NCBI RefSeq assembly: GCF_022045235.1
Contig: NW_027266275.1
Location: forward strand, 65,224,001 to 65,288,000
Reading direction: 5' to 3'
Origin: Haliotis cracherodii
Taxonomy: Eukaryota
Length of the DNA stretch: 64,000 bases
Below the pieces are notes generated by a model that ran no database searches, had not been told where the DNA came from, and was given only the letters and a program-made list of their open reading frames with translations. Position 1 is the stretch's first letter. Each line of letters begins with the position of its first letter. Shown here piece after piece: positions 62,738 to 64,000 of this stretch. The position numbers and the translations under genes are program-made.

Positions 62738-63057
62738 ACCTCCTCCGTTGTCTTGTGGTAGAGCGTCCGCCCGAGAGCGAAAGGACCGGGGTTCGATCCC
62801 CGGCCGCGTCATACCAAAAGACGTTAAAAGATGGTACTTGTTGTTACCCTGTCTGGCGTTTGGCATTAAGGGGCTAAAACAACACCGGTCGGCTCGGAGT
62901 CAGTATACTGTGTCTGAGTGGGGTATTCATGTTAAACTGCGGCATGGTATCTCAGTGAACTTTATACAAGCAGCCACACAAACATACACACGTACATGCA
63001 CGTCGCTATATAAGTGCAATAATCTTGGATGCGACGTTAAACCCGATTTCACCTCAA
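62738..63057 (+). mobile_element. SINE family C
   Basis: TSD aaactgattc. Confidence 0.88.
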
Positions 63058-63311
63058 AAACTGATTCCGTAACACTCATATCTCTATCCACGAATCAATT
63101 TATCCTTATATTGATAGCATAACATCTTATCCCAAAAAACTTTTCTTTTCAACATTCTGGTCTACCAATAGGTTTTACAACCAATTTCTTTTTTCGTTAA
63201 CTACCGATTCAATATGCGGATAGTGTAGATAAATCATTCTTTACTCAATCACTGCATGTCCTTCATGTCAAGTGATGTTTGCCTTTTCCTCCATTGACAA
63301 ATATCATCTGT

Positions 63312-64000
63312 ATGTTACAGTAGATCTAGTTGGTGTTACTACAGTTCAGTGTTACAGTAGATCTAGTTGGTGTTACTACAGTTCAGTGTTACAGTAGATC
63401 TAGTTACTGTCACTACAGTTCAGTGTTACAGTAGATCTAGTTAGTGTCACTACAGTTAAGTGTTACAGTAGATCTAGTTGGTGTTACTACAGTTAAGTGT
63501 TACAGTAGATCTAGTTGGTGTTACTACAGTTCAGTGTTACAGTAGATCTAGTTACTGTCACTACAGTTCAGTGTTACAGTAGATCTAGTTAGTGTCACTA
63601 CAGTTAAGTGTTACAGTAGATCTAGTTGGTGTTACTACAGTTAAGTGTTACAGTAGATCTAGTTGGTGTTACTACAGTTCAGTGTTACAGTAGATCTAGT
63701 TGGTGTCACTACAGTTAAGTGTTACAGTAGATCTAGTTAGTGTCACTACAGTTAAGTGTTACAGTAGATCTGGTTGGTGTTACTACAGTTCAGTGTTACA
63801 GTAGATCTAGTTAGTGTTACTACAGTTCAGTGTTACAGTAGATCTAGTTGGTGTTACTACAGTTCAGTGTTACAGTAGATCTAGTTGGTGTTACTACAGT
63901 TAAGTGTTACAGTAGATCTAGTTAGTGTCACTACAGTTAAGTGTTACAGTAGATCTAGTTAGTGTTACTACAGTTCAGTGTTACAGTAGAGCTAGTTGGT
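63312..64000. repeat. 37-bp minisatellite running off the window end
   Basis: Unit gtgttacagtagatctagttggtgttactacagttca. Confidence 0.95.

Overview
This is AT-rich, intron-rich animal genomic DNA, not prokaryotic. The SINE repertoire suggests a mollusc, probably a gastropod such as abalone (inference only). Three spliced genes were assembled by hand from splice junctions with consistent reading phase. (1) Cadherin A, Cad87A/CDH23-like, on the minus strand: ATG 12696, 14 exons, running off the left edge. (2) An apparently complete type-I membrane CUB3-ZP protein (CUZD1/DMBT1-like, ~797 aa) on the minus strand at 46034-20911, with many short symmetric exons, a TM helix and a C-terminal PDZ-type motif DTEL. 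(3) Cadherin B, a paralogue of A, on the plus strand: ATG 49786, 12 exons, running off the right edge, head-to-head with the CUB-ZP gene. Introns and spacers hold four SINE families (several copies with TSDs), decayed LINE, Penelope-like and Tc1 fragments, MITEs, about 12 minisatellites and several microsatellites. Almost all long ORFs in the supplied track are repeat artefacts. Main observations: in both cadherins a minisatellite is built from the exon-end/splice-donor junction, and in cadherin B this creates in-frame AG-36nt-GT pseudo-exon cassettes in the intron where cadherin A has a 12-nt micro-exon. The CUB-ZP gene has a battery of phase-1 W/Y-T-T short exons. Cadherin B has a GC-AG intron and an apparently calcium-deficient EC4. 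A 19-bp minisatellite appears to have arisen from a SINE. No CRISPR, rRNA or intact tRNA gene was found.
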